Assembly: GCA_037129105.1 (NCBI GenBank)
Contig: JBAXVM010000003.1
Coordinates: forward strand, 1-32,253
DNA length: 32,253 nucleotides
Reading direction: 5' to 3'
DNA from: a bacterium
Lineage (GTDB): Bacteria > Verrucomicrobiota > Kiritimatiellia > RFP12 > CAIWXQ01
The notes below the pieces were generated by a model. It was not told where the DNA came from and made no database searches. It saw only the letters and a list, made by a program, of their open reading frames with translations. Within the stretch, counting starts at the first letter, position 1; each line of letters starts with the position of its first letter. Of this stretch, positions 1-7,591 are shown one piece after another. The position numbers and the translations under genes were made by a program.

Positions 1-128
1 TTCGTTCGTGGCGTGAAGATAACCACCGCATGTTTCAGGTTTGTTAGCGAACAACGAGTTCTTCGTTTCAATTCACCACTGAGAAAACAGAGCAAGTCAG
101 CCCTCCGTTCTCTCTGTTGCCTCCTGTT

Positions 129-298
129 GAAGCCCGATTTGGTTGCGGGCCAGCAGCAGTGCCCGATGCCGTATATGCGCATGCCCGTCCGCGGAGCCCT
201 TCGGCCACGAGCTTAGGGCCGAGTGGCGGCCGGGCCACCTTGCGGGTGGTTTCTGGGATGGTCGGCATCGCCTGGGCCGGCGGCAAACCGTTACCTTC
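129..298. ncRNA. Candidate structured RNA (6S-like rod with central bubble, or cis-regulatory leader)
   Basis: Nested pairings read by eye: cgatgccg(164-171)/cggcatcg(263-270); gcccgtccgc(183-192)/gcggccgggc(226-235); tcggcc(201-206)/ggccga(217-222); side hairpin ccacc(235-239)/ggtgg(245-249); weaker outer pairing. No credible CDS here. Strand unresolved. Confidence 0.35.
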
Positions 299-413
299 CG
301 CCCTTATGTGGAGGGTGTCGTGCGTTTTCAACCAGGACAATCAGGGAATCCGGGCGGGCGGCGGAAGGGGAGCGGTTTTCGTGAGCACGCCCACGGGTTC
401 CAATCTTCCACCC

Positions 414-442
414 TTCCCACCTGCCACTTTTCCCGTTATGAT
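414..442 (+). promoter_or_regulatory. Putative sigma70 promoter of the protease gene (TTCCCA-17-TATGAT), probably leaderless
   Basis: ttccca 414-419, 17-nt spacer, tatgat 437-442; GTG start follows after 6 nt; no SD. Confidence 0.4.
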
Positions 443-448
443 ATTTAC

Positions 449-1693
449 GTGCGTTTTCACTCGCTATTACGCGCTACGTCTCTCATCGGCACCGCACTGG
501 CCGGCCTGCTGGCGCAGCCGTGGCAGGTGTCGGCTGTGATCTTTGATGCCACCGACGACGCGGCCTACCACACCAATGCTCCAACCGGCGCGCTGACCAA
601 CAGCGGCTGGCAGTTCGAGGGGCAGTTCGGCGCCTATCTCGGAACCGCCATTGCCCCGCACTATTTCCTGACCGCCCGGCACATCGGCGGCGACACCAAC
701 ACGCTCTTCAATCTCGACGGCACCAACTACCATCCCATGGCCTGGTTCAACGATCCCTCACCCGGATCCGACCTGCGCCTGTGGCAGGTGGCAGAGCGCC
801 TGCCCCGCTACGCACCGATCTACACCGGCACCAACGAAGTCGGCGCTACCCTCGCTGTCTTTGGCCGCGGCACGCAGCGTGGGAACGCCATCGTCACGGA
901 CGGACTCACCAACGGCTGGCACTTGGGTACAGCCGACAGCGTCCTGCGCTGGGGATCGAATTGCGTATCGAGCATCGAAACAAACCCGGTCGGCACGCCC
1001 TATCTCTATGCCACGTTCGACCACCACGCCGGCCCGGACGAGTGCCATCTCTCGGTCGGCGACTCTGGCGGCGCCGCCTTTGTCCTGGCTGATGGCGGAT
1101 GGCAGCTGGCCGGCATTCACTATGCCGTGGACGGCTATTTCAACACCACCAATACCGGCGCCGGTTTTGATGCCGCCATCTATGACTGCTACGGCCTTTA
1201 CATCGGAACCAACAATAACTGGACCCTGATCACCAACCACATGGCCAGCGGGTTCTATTCCTCGCGCGTTTCCGCCCACTACGCCTGGCTCACGAACACC
1301 ATCGCGGATTTCGACAGCAACGCCAATGGCCTGCCGGATTGGTGGGAGTTGCAATACTCCGGCACGATTCACGGCCTCGCGCCCACCAACGACCCGGACG
1401 CCGACGGGCAGAACAACCTGGCCGAGTGGATCGCGCGCACCGACCCCACCAACCCCGCCTCCTTCTTCCGCATCGCCGCATTCGTCTGCACCAACCAGAC
1501 GCCGGCCATGACCTTCACCGGCTGGGCCGACCGCCATTACTCCGTCTATCGCCAAGACGCTCCGCTGACCAATATCAACTGGTCTCTGGTCACCAATGCC
1601 CTGGCCGGGGCCGACGGCCCCACGACATGGTCCGACACCACGCCAGCGGCCACGTCGCGATTTTACCGCCTAGAAGTCGCGCTCCCGCCCTAG
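449..1693 (+). CDS. Secreted trypsin-like (S1) serine protease with C-terminal TSP3-like Asp-rich Ca-binding motifs and a ...FYRL terminal domain
   Basis: GTG449 start gives a signal peptide (MRFHSLLRATSLIGTALAGLLAQPWQVSA); catalytic motifs LTARH, SDL, GDSGG; DSNANGLPDWWE and DPDADGQNNLAEW motifs; ends RFYRLEV. The first 102 codons of the 143..1693 ORF are treated as spurious. Confidence 0.8.
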   Translation: MRFHSLLRATSLIGTALAGLLAQPWQVSAVIFDATDDAAYHTNAPTGALTNSGWQFEGQFGAYLGTAIAPHYFLTARHIGGDTNTLFNLDGTNYHPMAWFNDPSPGSDLRLWQVAERLPRYAPIYTGTNEVGATLAVFGRGTQRGNAIVTDGLTNGWHLGTADSVLRWGSNCVSSIETNPVGTPYLYATFDHHAGPDECHLSVGDSGGAAFVLADGGWQLAGIHYAVDGYFNTTNTGAGFDAAIYDCYGLYIGTNNNWTLITNHMASGFYSSRVSAHYAWLTNTIADFDSNANGLPDWWELQYSGTIHGLAPTNDPDADGQNNLAEWIARTDPTNPASFFRIAAFVCTNQTPAMTFTGWADRHYSVYRQDAPLTNINWSLVTNALAGADGPTTWSDTTPAATSRFYRLEVALPP

Positions 1694-1857
1694 TAGCCTG
1701 TCGGACTTAGAACCGATCCGAAAACCTCTTCTGACGCTGGCGGCTCGCGCGGACGCTCGCCCTCCCTGGAAGAATACAGACCTTTTGACACAGTATGGGA
1801 GGGCGAGCGTCCTCGCGAGCCAGTTTTCGGATAGATTCTAATTCCGACGGTCTCTTA
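1691..1857. mobile_element. Nested palindromic (MITE-like/REPIN) structure
   Basis: Outer imperfect IR tagtagcctgtcggactt(1691-1708)/aattccgacggtctctta(1840-1857); middle IR tagaaccgatccgaaaac(1708-1725)/gttttcggatagattcta(1823-1840), 16/18; inner REP-like IR 1742-1766/1797-1821, 24/25. Confidence 0.65.
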
Positions 1858-1900
1858 GTACAGCGGGGGCTGCGCACCCGCTGAGGGATTGGCTGTCCCA

Positions 1901-1967
1901 GTAGTGACGGCTTTACGCCGGCTACTCGCAACTGACCTGAAAATGGACGGCGTAAAGCCGTCCCTAC
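1901..1967. repeat. GTAG-type REP doublet (REPIN-like)
   Basis: gtagtgacggctttacgccg(1901-1920) and inverted ggacggcgtaaagccgtccctac(1945-1967); each unit is an internal palindrome with a GTAG foot; the right foot overlaps the TAG stop of the radical SAM gene. Confidence 0.7.
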
Positions 1968-4561
1968 CGTGAAGCCCCGAAATCAACACTCGTGCACACC
2001 ACGCTGGCCGATGCGTCTGCGGGGAGCTTGCGCAGCAGCGCGAACAAATCCACCTTGGGCGTAATCGTCAGCTCCGCCAGGCTCCCTGCGCCATCGACCC
2101 GGCAGCCTGCGGCCAGTACGAACCCCTTGCGCAGCGCAGCAGGCGCAAGCTCAAGCGCCACACCTGCCCCCACCCGCCGCAGCGTAAAGGGCAAATGCAC
2201 GTCCTTCAGCCACGCCACCACCACCGCCTCCAGAACCGCCGGCTTTGCCCCGCACGACACCTGCCACGTGGCAGACGTAAACCGGCCGGGTGTGTAGGAG
2301 GACAGCACTTCCCGCATCTCGAGCTGCGGGTCCATCGCGCACGTCTGCAGCTTCGCCGCCAGCCGCGGCGCATCCCACGCCTTCAGCGCCACCACAGTCT
2401 CGCCCGCCGGAATCGGAAAGCGATCGCGCGTGTCCGGGCTGGCAAACAGCGCCTCATCCACCGCGAGCAGATTGTCCACCTCCTCGGGCAGCCGCGCCAG
2501 CAGAAGCTGCAGCAGAAGCGCGGAAGTATACTCGGACGAAGCCTGTGCAAACGCGGCGCCCAACCGCACACGACAATAGAGCAGCGGCAGTCGCTGTTTG
2601 TCACGCACCAGCATGTCCACGCCAGCGGCGGCACCAAGCGGAATTTCCGGACTGCGCGCCCGGCTGGTCAGCACGCGGCGTTCCGCCTTGTCCCGGCAGG
2701 CACCACACACGCGGCAGGTGTCGCCCAGGCAGTAGCCGGCATCGCGACAGGCACGCGCCTTTTCGTACCGCTTCCACAGAAACTTGGGCGAAACCGCCGT
2801 GGCGACAAACGCAAAAGGAAAACGATGCGCCGCCGGTTTCTCGGCAAGCCAGGCCTCGTCCCAAAGGCCTGCCGCGAGCATACCCTCCTGCAGACGCTGC
2901 GCGTACTCCGCTGTCGTTTCGCCGTCGTAATACCGCCCCTCGCGCGCCAGTTCCACGATCAGCGGTGCCAGCCGATAGTCGCCGGCCGCCAGCACCTGAG
3001 CCAGGAAGTATTCACTCCATGAGGCGGCCAGCCGAAACTCAAACTGCGACCGCGTGCACATGCGCTCGAGCTCCCGCGCCTTACGCTCCAGCGGTTCCCG
3101 CTCCAGAAACAAGCGGTCGTACCGCAGCGGCGTGTTGGGCATGCGCACGAGAAAGCCAAAGCTGAACACCACGCGCGTCGGGAGACGAGCTCCGAGGATG
3201 CGTTGGCCAAGCTGCCGCGTGAAGGCGCCAAACTCAACAATATCCTCGGCGACCTCGTGGCCCGTGATCAGATAGAAAAGCTTGATCTCGCGAACGCCAC
3301 GCGCCAGCAGATTCTGCAGCGTGCGCTCGATCTCGTCGTCCGTCACGGTCTTGTTCAGAAACGCCCGCATGCGGGCCGAAATGCCCTCGATCCCCAGCGT
3401 GAACGAGCGCTTGCCGGCCGCCAGTTCAACGGCTGCCAGCGCCGGCTGCGCGGCCAGAATATCCACGCGCTGGCTCTTGAGGCTGACGCGCTCAAACAGA
3501 CGCGACAGCCCGGCGATCAGGCCCGCAGCTTCCGCATGGCTGTTGAGCGTATAGGCATCCAGCTCCACGCAGCGCGCACCACTGGCCGCCTTGAGCTGAC
3601 GTGCCTGCGCCAGCAGCAACTCCGCCGGAATCTCCCGATACGGCTTGCGCTCGAACCCCTCGAAGCAGAACGTGCAGAAAGCGGGACAGCCGTAAGCTGC
3701 CGGCAGCCGCGCCGTGTCCGCGGCATCGCTATCGAGCAGCGGATAACAGAGGCTTCCCGCTCGTTCGATGCCAGGCTCGGGGCGAGCGATTCGCCGCGGC
3801 TCGCAGCCTTCTGCCCGCGCGACAGCAGTAGCCCCGGCCCGCCCCGGGCCGCGGGCAGCCGGTGCACAAACCTCCCGCGCCACCGCCTGCCGCACCGGCG
3901 CCTTCGCATCCGGCCAGGCGCCTGTGACCCAGAAGCCGTCGCTCGCCGCAGCAGCCTGCACAAGACGTGCGCGCTTGTCCAGCGCCGCCGCGCCCATCCA
4001 TGCCTGCAGGAACGGCACGAGGCACTCCTCCGCCTCGCCAAAGAAAATCGCATCCGGCACGCCCACGCCATCCGGACGCACCAGACCATGCGAAGCAAAA
4101 GCATTCGATCCGCCGAGGATCACCGGCGGCGCCGAAGACGACCGCTCGTCGGCCCACGGCGAAAGCCCGGCGTCCAGCAGGAGTGCGGGCAGGTTGACGG
4201 CTTCCAGCGTGAAGGAGTTGGAAACCAGCACCAGGTCGAAAGCCGCAAGTCCGCGACGGCTTTGCACGCCCACAGCCAGCGGCCGTTTGGCGGCCCGGAG
4301 CATCCGGGCATCTTCCGGCTGCGGCAGAAAGGCAAAGTCAAGGAAGGCATCGGGCAGTCCGCGACGAGCCTGCTGGGCAAGAAACAGATGCGGCGACGAG
4401 CTGGCCACATCGCGCCACGGCGACAGACGCAGGATCAGCACGCGCAGGCTGGCGGCGTCAAAAGCCGGATTGCCAAACGCGGCATGCAGACCGGAATGGA
4501 ACAACGCACGGTCACGCAACCGCGGCGGCAGAACAATCGGCTGGATAGTCAAGGGGGACAT
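1964..4561 (-). CDS. Radical SAM protein (TIGR03960/YgiQ-like B12-binding radical SAM architecture) with Cys-rich linker and C-terminal extension
   Basis: CxxxCxxC motif GCPAFCTFC; FFGEAEE, SFTLGIEG, IKLFYLITG and PNTP motifs; CxxxxxCxxxxCxxCxxC cluster (CRDAGYCLGDTCRVCGAC); 865 aa. Confidence 0.8.
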   Translation of the reverse strand: MSPLTIQPIVLPPRLRDRALFHSGLHAAFGNPAFDAASLRVLILRLSPWRDVASSSPHLFLAQQARRGLPDAFLDFAFLPQPEDARMLRAAKRPLAVGVQSRRGLAAFDLVLVSNSFTLEAVNLPALLLDAGLSPWADERSSSAPPVILGGSNAFASHGLVRPDGVGVPDAIFFGEAEECLVPFLQAWMGAAALDKRARLVQAAAASDGFWVTGAWPDAKAPVRQAVAREVCAPAARGPGRAGATAVARAEGCEPRRIARPEPGIERAGSLCYPLLDSDAADTARLPAAYGCPAFCTFCFEGFERKPYREIPAELLLAQARQLKAASGARCVELDAYTLNSHAEAAGLIAGLSRLFERVSLKSQRVDILAAQPALAAVELAAGKRSFTLGIEGISARMRAFLNKTVTDDEIERTLQNLLARGVREIKLFYLITGHEVAEDIVEFGAFTRQLGQRILGARLPTRVVFSFGFLVRMPNTPLRYDRLFLEREPLERKARELERMCTRSQFEFRLAASWSEYFLAQVLAAGDYRLAPLIVELAREGRYYDGETTAEYAQRLQEGMLAAGLWDEAWLAEKPAAHRFPFAFVATAVSPKFLWKRYEKARACRDAGYCLGDTCRVCGACRDKAERRVLTSRARSPEIPLGAAAGVDMLVRDKQRLPLLYCRVRLGAAFAQASSEYTSALLLQLLLARLPEEVDNLLAVDEALFASPDTRDRFPIPAGETVVALKAWDAPRLAAKLQTCAMDPQLEMREVLSSYTPGRFTSATWQVSCGAKPAVLEAVVVAWLKDVHLPFTLRRVGAGVALELAPAALRKGFVLAAGCRVDGAGSLAELTITPKVDLFALLRKLPADASASVVCTSVDFGASR
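3743..3851. repeat. REP-like palindromic sequences embedded in frame in the radical SAM CDS
   Basis: gtagccccggcccgccccgggccg(3828-3851) matches intergenic 7818-7841 at 23/24; the segment translates to a low-complexity loop (AARGPGRAGATAV...ERAGSLCY). Confidence 0.55.
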
Positions 4562-4568
4562 GCGCGCC

Positions 4569-4598
4569 AGTGTCAGGTGAAGACGGGTCGGCTGTCAA
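4569..4598 (-). promoter_or_regulatory. Putative sigma70 promoter for the radical SAM gene (TTGACA-18-GACACT), probably leaderless
   Basis: Perfect TTGACA (4598-4593); weak -10 ends 7 nt before ATG4561; no SD. Confidence 0.35.
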
Positions 4599-4699
4599 GC
4601 CATAGGCTGACGAGAATGCCCGTACAGAACCGGAACGTTGAACAGTCGGACTGGTCAAGCGATAGCTCATCTGACACATTCGCCGTGGTCATCTCTTCA

Positions 4700-4999
4700 T
4701 CAAGCAACTGCAAGCACATGGACTTCGCGATCGAGTCGGCTTCCGATCTTGTCTTGCTGGACTTCAAGGTCGAAATGGGTCTGCAGGTTAAGCCAAAACT
4801 GAGCGGAAGTCCCAAAGTACCGTCCGAGGCGGAGCGCCGTGTCGACCGTGATGGAGCGTGTGCCGTGCACGATCTCGTTGATACGACGTGCCGGAACACT
4901 GATGTCCTTGGCCAGGCGATACTGAGAGATCTCCATGGGCGCAAGAAACTCTTCGTTCAGCACCTCTCCGGGGTGTACGGGTGTCATCTTTTTTTTCAT
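4700..4999 (-). CDS. higA: HigA-family antitoxin (XRE HTH)
   Basis: MKKKMTPVHPGEVLNEEFL...SQYRLAKDISVPARRINEIVHG.RSITVDTALRLGRYFGTSAQFWLNLQ; GGAG SD upstream of ATG4999; 99 aa. Confidence 0.92.
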   Translation of the reverse strand: MKKKMTPVHPGEVLNEEFLAPMEISQYRLAKDISVPARRINEIVHGTRSITVDTALRLGRYFGTSAQFWLNLQTHFDLEVQQDKIGSRLDREVHVLAVA

Positions 5000-5009
5000 G
5001 TTCGTTCTC

Positions 5010-5150
5010 CTAGTGATAATCCACGACGGCATCCAGCACCCACAACTTACGAATAGCGGCCCGCTGGATGTCTTGTGGTAATTTGCGGGAATGCTCTCGC
5101 CTGTAGATCTTCTCGGTCTCTGCACACCTGAATGACCTAGTCCATTCCAA
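5010..5150 (-). pseudogene. higB: HigB (RelE/ParE-family) toxin remnant with internal in-frame deletion
   Basis: Manual translation: (LEW)TRSFRCAETEKIYRREHSRKLPQDIQRAAIRKLWVLDA-VVDYH*. HigB-like N-terminus fused directly to the VDYH C-terminus; nearest ATG (5145) is out of frame by one base. Confidence 0.8.
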
Positions 5151-5152
5151 TT

Positions 5153-5265
5153 ATGGCGCCCCCCTGCCGCCTCGTGCGGCAGGGGGCGGAGATTGGGGCG
5201 GTAAGACGCGCCTTTCCGACCCAATCTCCCGTCCCCGCGACCCAAGGTCGCGGGGACGGCGCCAT
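5153..5265. repeat. Near-perfect four-way-junction (cloverleaf) palindromic element
   Basis: Closing stem atggcgc(5153-5159)/gcgccat(5259-5265); hairpins 5160-5186 (11 bp perfect), 5188-5229 (10 bp perfect plus imperfect extension), 5230-5258 (13 bp perfect). Confidence 0.7.
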
Positions 5266-5299
5266 CATGAGAATTGCCCGCGCGGAACCAAATCGTCAT

Positions 5300-5327
5300 T
5301 TGACCCGCCGATCGAATGCGTTACACT
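5300..5327 (+). promoter_or_regulatory. Putative sigma70 promoter (TTGACC-16-TACACT)
   Basis: Near-consensus hexamers upstream of an AAGGAG SD and ATG5389. Confidence 0.5.
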
Positions 5328-5388
5328 GTCTCTCGTCGGCGTAAGGCAAACGCCATTGTCCAAAAAACATCGTAGAAGGAGCCGGGCC

Positions 5389-5937
5389 ATGACAAAGAAT
5401 CTCATCGTGTGTCTCTTTTTTGCAATCGGGATGTCTGCTGGCGTACAGGCGGCGGACGCATCATTCCAGCTCAGCCTGTTGCCGGACGTTGCGATCCACA
5501 GTTCGAGCACGACCATCTCCGGCTTCTCGTTGAACATCTGGGGGATGAACCCGCAGGAACGTTCGCTTGCCATCGGCTTTGTCAACGGCAGCTACGGCGA
5601 TAGCAGCGGCGTGAGCCTCGGCGGCATCAACTACAGCGAGAACTACACGGGCACACAACTGGGCCTGCTCAACATCGCCACCACGGACTTCTTCGGCTGG
5701 CAGGCCGGCATTCTCAATGTCACGTCGGACACGTGCAGCGGATTCCAGCTCGGTCTGCTGAACTACGCCGGGCGGCTCACCGGCCTGCAGCTCGGTCTTT
5801 TCAACATGGCGGCACAGGCGCAAAGCGGCATGCAGATCGGCGTGATCAACCTGCTCCCCGAGAACCGATACTGGTTCTCCGCCGGCCTGGCCAATGAAGT
5901 CGCGCCGGTCATGGTGCTGATCAACTGGCGTCGCTAG
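5389..5937 (+). CDS. Exported Gly/Asn-repeat protein (LA_2272-like surface repeat family)
   Basis: Signal peptide (..AGVQA); repeated GxQxGxxN units (GTQLGLLN, GWQAGILN, GFQLGLLN, GLQLGLFN, GMQIGVIN); ends LINWRR; AAGGAG SD. Confidence 0.75.
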   Translation: MTKNLIVCLFFAIGMSAGVQAADASFQLSLLPDVAIHSSSTTISGFSLNIWGMNPQERSLAIGFVNGSYGDSSGVSLGGINYSENYTGTQLGLLNIATTDFFGWQAGILNVTSDTCSGFQLGLLNYAGRLTGLQLGLFNMAAQAQSGMQIGVINLLPENRYWFSAGLANEVAPVMVLINWRR

Positions 5938-5956
5938 GAACCTGTCGGACTTAGGC
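5934..5956. repeat. CTAG-ended repeat ctaggaacctgtcggacttaggc spanning both stop codons of a convergent gene pair
   Basis: 22/23 identical to 8424-8446; its 20-nt core is 18/20 identical to 1691-1710. Confidence 0.75.
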
Positions 5957-7591
5957 CGCCGGATAGACCGTGCGGAAGACATCCGTGCCGCCGGAAAGGG
6001 TCCGAACCTTGAATCCGAGCTGCTTGAGGATGCGATAGGCGAGATAGCTGCGCAGGCCGACCTTGCAGTAGACAAAGTATGGGCGCGCCTTGTCGAGCGT
6101 GTCCTGCTGGGCGCGCAACTTTCCGACCGGCAGGTTGGTGGCATCGGGAAGGTGCCACGCAGCAAACTCAGCCGGGCCGCGGACATCCAGCAGCACCGCA
6201 TCCAGCGGCAGGCTGTCCAACTCCTCCGCATACCAGAAATCAACATCTCCCCGCAGCAAGTTACAGGCGACAAAGCCCAGCATATTGACCGCATCCTTGG
6301 CTGAACCGTACGGCGGCGCATAGGCCAGTTCCAGGTGCTCCAGATCCCACACGCCCAGGTTGCCGCGCATGGCCGTGGCCAGCACGTCGATCCGTTTATC
6401 CACGCCATCATGCCCCACGATCTGTGCCCCCAGGATGCGGTTGCCATCCGGCGAGAAGAGCAGTTTGCAGCGCATGGGCGCCGAACCCGGATAATACCCG
6501 GCATGGCCCATCGGCGAGAGATAGACCTTGCGATACGGCAACCCCGCCTTGCGCAACGCCTTCTCGTTCAAGCCGGTCAGGGCCACGGTCAGGTCAAACA
6601 CCTGCAACACGGATGTCCCCTGCGTGCCGCGATAGCGGCTCTCCCGTCCGCACAGGTTGTCCGCAATCATGCGCCCCTGCCGGTTGGCAGGACCGGCCAG
6701 CGGAAGATACGTGCTCTTTCCTGCTACGAACTCCCTGCATTCCACTGCATCGCCGCCGGCGTAGATATCCGGGTCCGAGGTTTGCATCTGATCGTTGACC
6801 GCAATACCGCCCAGCGTTCCAAGGGTCAACCCGGCGGCCTGGGCCTGGGCCGCCTGCGGCAACGAACCGAGCGCAAAGACCACGAGGTCAGCCTCGAATG
6901 TTGCGCCGCCTTCGGCCTGCACCACCACGACGCCCTGGCGGTCCGTAAACCCGGTGACGCCGCACCCGGTGTGGACATGCACGCCGTGGCGCACCAGCTC
7001 TTCCTGCAGCAGTTGCGCCATCTCCGGGTCGAGCGGCCCCATGAGCTGGGGCATCTTTTCGAGCACCGTCACCTCCAGGCCGCGCCGGCGCAGATTTTCC
7101 GCCGCCTCGATGCCGATGTAGCCACCCATGACCACGGCGCGCGCGGCCCCTGCCTGAACGCGTGCCAGGATACGATCCATGTCCTCCAGGGTACGCAGCT
7201 CGAAGATGGCGGGGTGATCCAGCCCGGGGAGCGGCGGTCGGATCGAACGCGCCCCCGGTGCCAGCACGAGTTTGTCATAGGCTTCCGTATACGTGCGCCC
7301 GGTGCGAACTTCGCGCACCAGGACCAGATGCGCGGCGCGATCGATCGCCGTGACTTCTGTCAGCACCCGCACGTCCAGATTCAGCGAGGCCCGCAACGAC
7401 TCGGGCGTCTGCACCAGCAGGTCATCCCGCTCGACGATCACGCCGCCAATATGATACGGCAGGCCGCAATTGGCGAACGAAACATGCGCCCCCTTCTCGA
7501 ACACCACGATCTGCGCCTGCTCATTCAGGCGTCGCAACCGTGCCGCACACGACATGCCCGCCGCCACGCCCCCGACGATGACTACTTTCAT
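5951..7591 (-). CDS. CoA-disulfide reductase-like FAD/NAD(P)H oxidoreductase with C-terminal rhodanese domain
   Basis: GGVAAG FAD motif, SFANC redox Cys, TSDPDIYAGGD, YAPPYG, rhodanese LLDVR...YCKVGLRS; AGGAG SD. Confidence 0.9.
   Translation of the reverse strand: MKVVIVGGVAAGMSCAARLRRLNEQAQIVVFEKGAHVSFANCGLPYHIGGVIVERDDLLVQTPESLRASLNLDVRVLTEVTAIDRAAHLVLVREVRTGRTYTEAYDKLVLAPGARSIRPPLPGLDHPAIFELRTLEDMDRILARVQAGAARAVVMGGYIGIEAAENLRRRGLEVTVLEKMPQLMGPLDPEMAQLLQEELVRHGVHVHTGCGVTGFTDRQGVVVVQAEGGATFEADLVVFALGSLPQAAQAQAAGLTLGTLGGIAVNDQMQTSDPDIYAGGDAVECREFVAGKSTYLPLAGPANRQGRMIADNLCGRESRYRGTQGTSVLQVFDLTVALTGLNEKALRKAGLPYRKVYLSPMGHAGYYPGSAPMRCKLLFSPDGNRILGAQIVGHDGVDKRIDVLATAMRGNLGVWDLEHLELAYAPPYGSAKDAVNMLGFVACNLLRGDVDFWYAEELDSLPLDAVLLDVRGPAEFAAWHLPDATNLPVGKLRAQQDTLDKARPYFVYCKVGLRSYLAYRILKQLGFKVRTLSGGTDVFRTVYPAA

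Noticed and set aside
143-448. N-terminal 102 codons of the 516-aa ORF, plus ORFs 13..216, 68..340 and 117..539
   Set aside because: No recognisable domain; the signal peptide begins at GTG449; the region looks regulatory or structured instead
4600-4699. Possible integron attC site downstream of higA
   Set aside because: No convincing RYYYAAC...GTTRRRY pair with complementary L boxes
3203-5056. 617-aa + strand ORF and other long antisense ORFs (6335..7690, 9565..11064, 11375..12742, 23030..24349, 26383..27876)
   Set aside because: Shadow frames opposite well-supported genes in high-GC DNA, with no motifs
5153-5265. tRNA or tRNA-Sec interpretation of the cloverleaf
   Set aside because: Arms too long, and no T-loop TTC, D-loop GG, 7-nt anticodon loop or CCA end
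5000-5299. 100-aa N-terminal extension of HigA in the ORF track
   Set aside because: Runs through the higB remnant (another frame) and the palindromic element; the SD supports ATG4999
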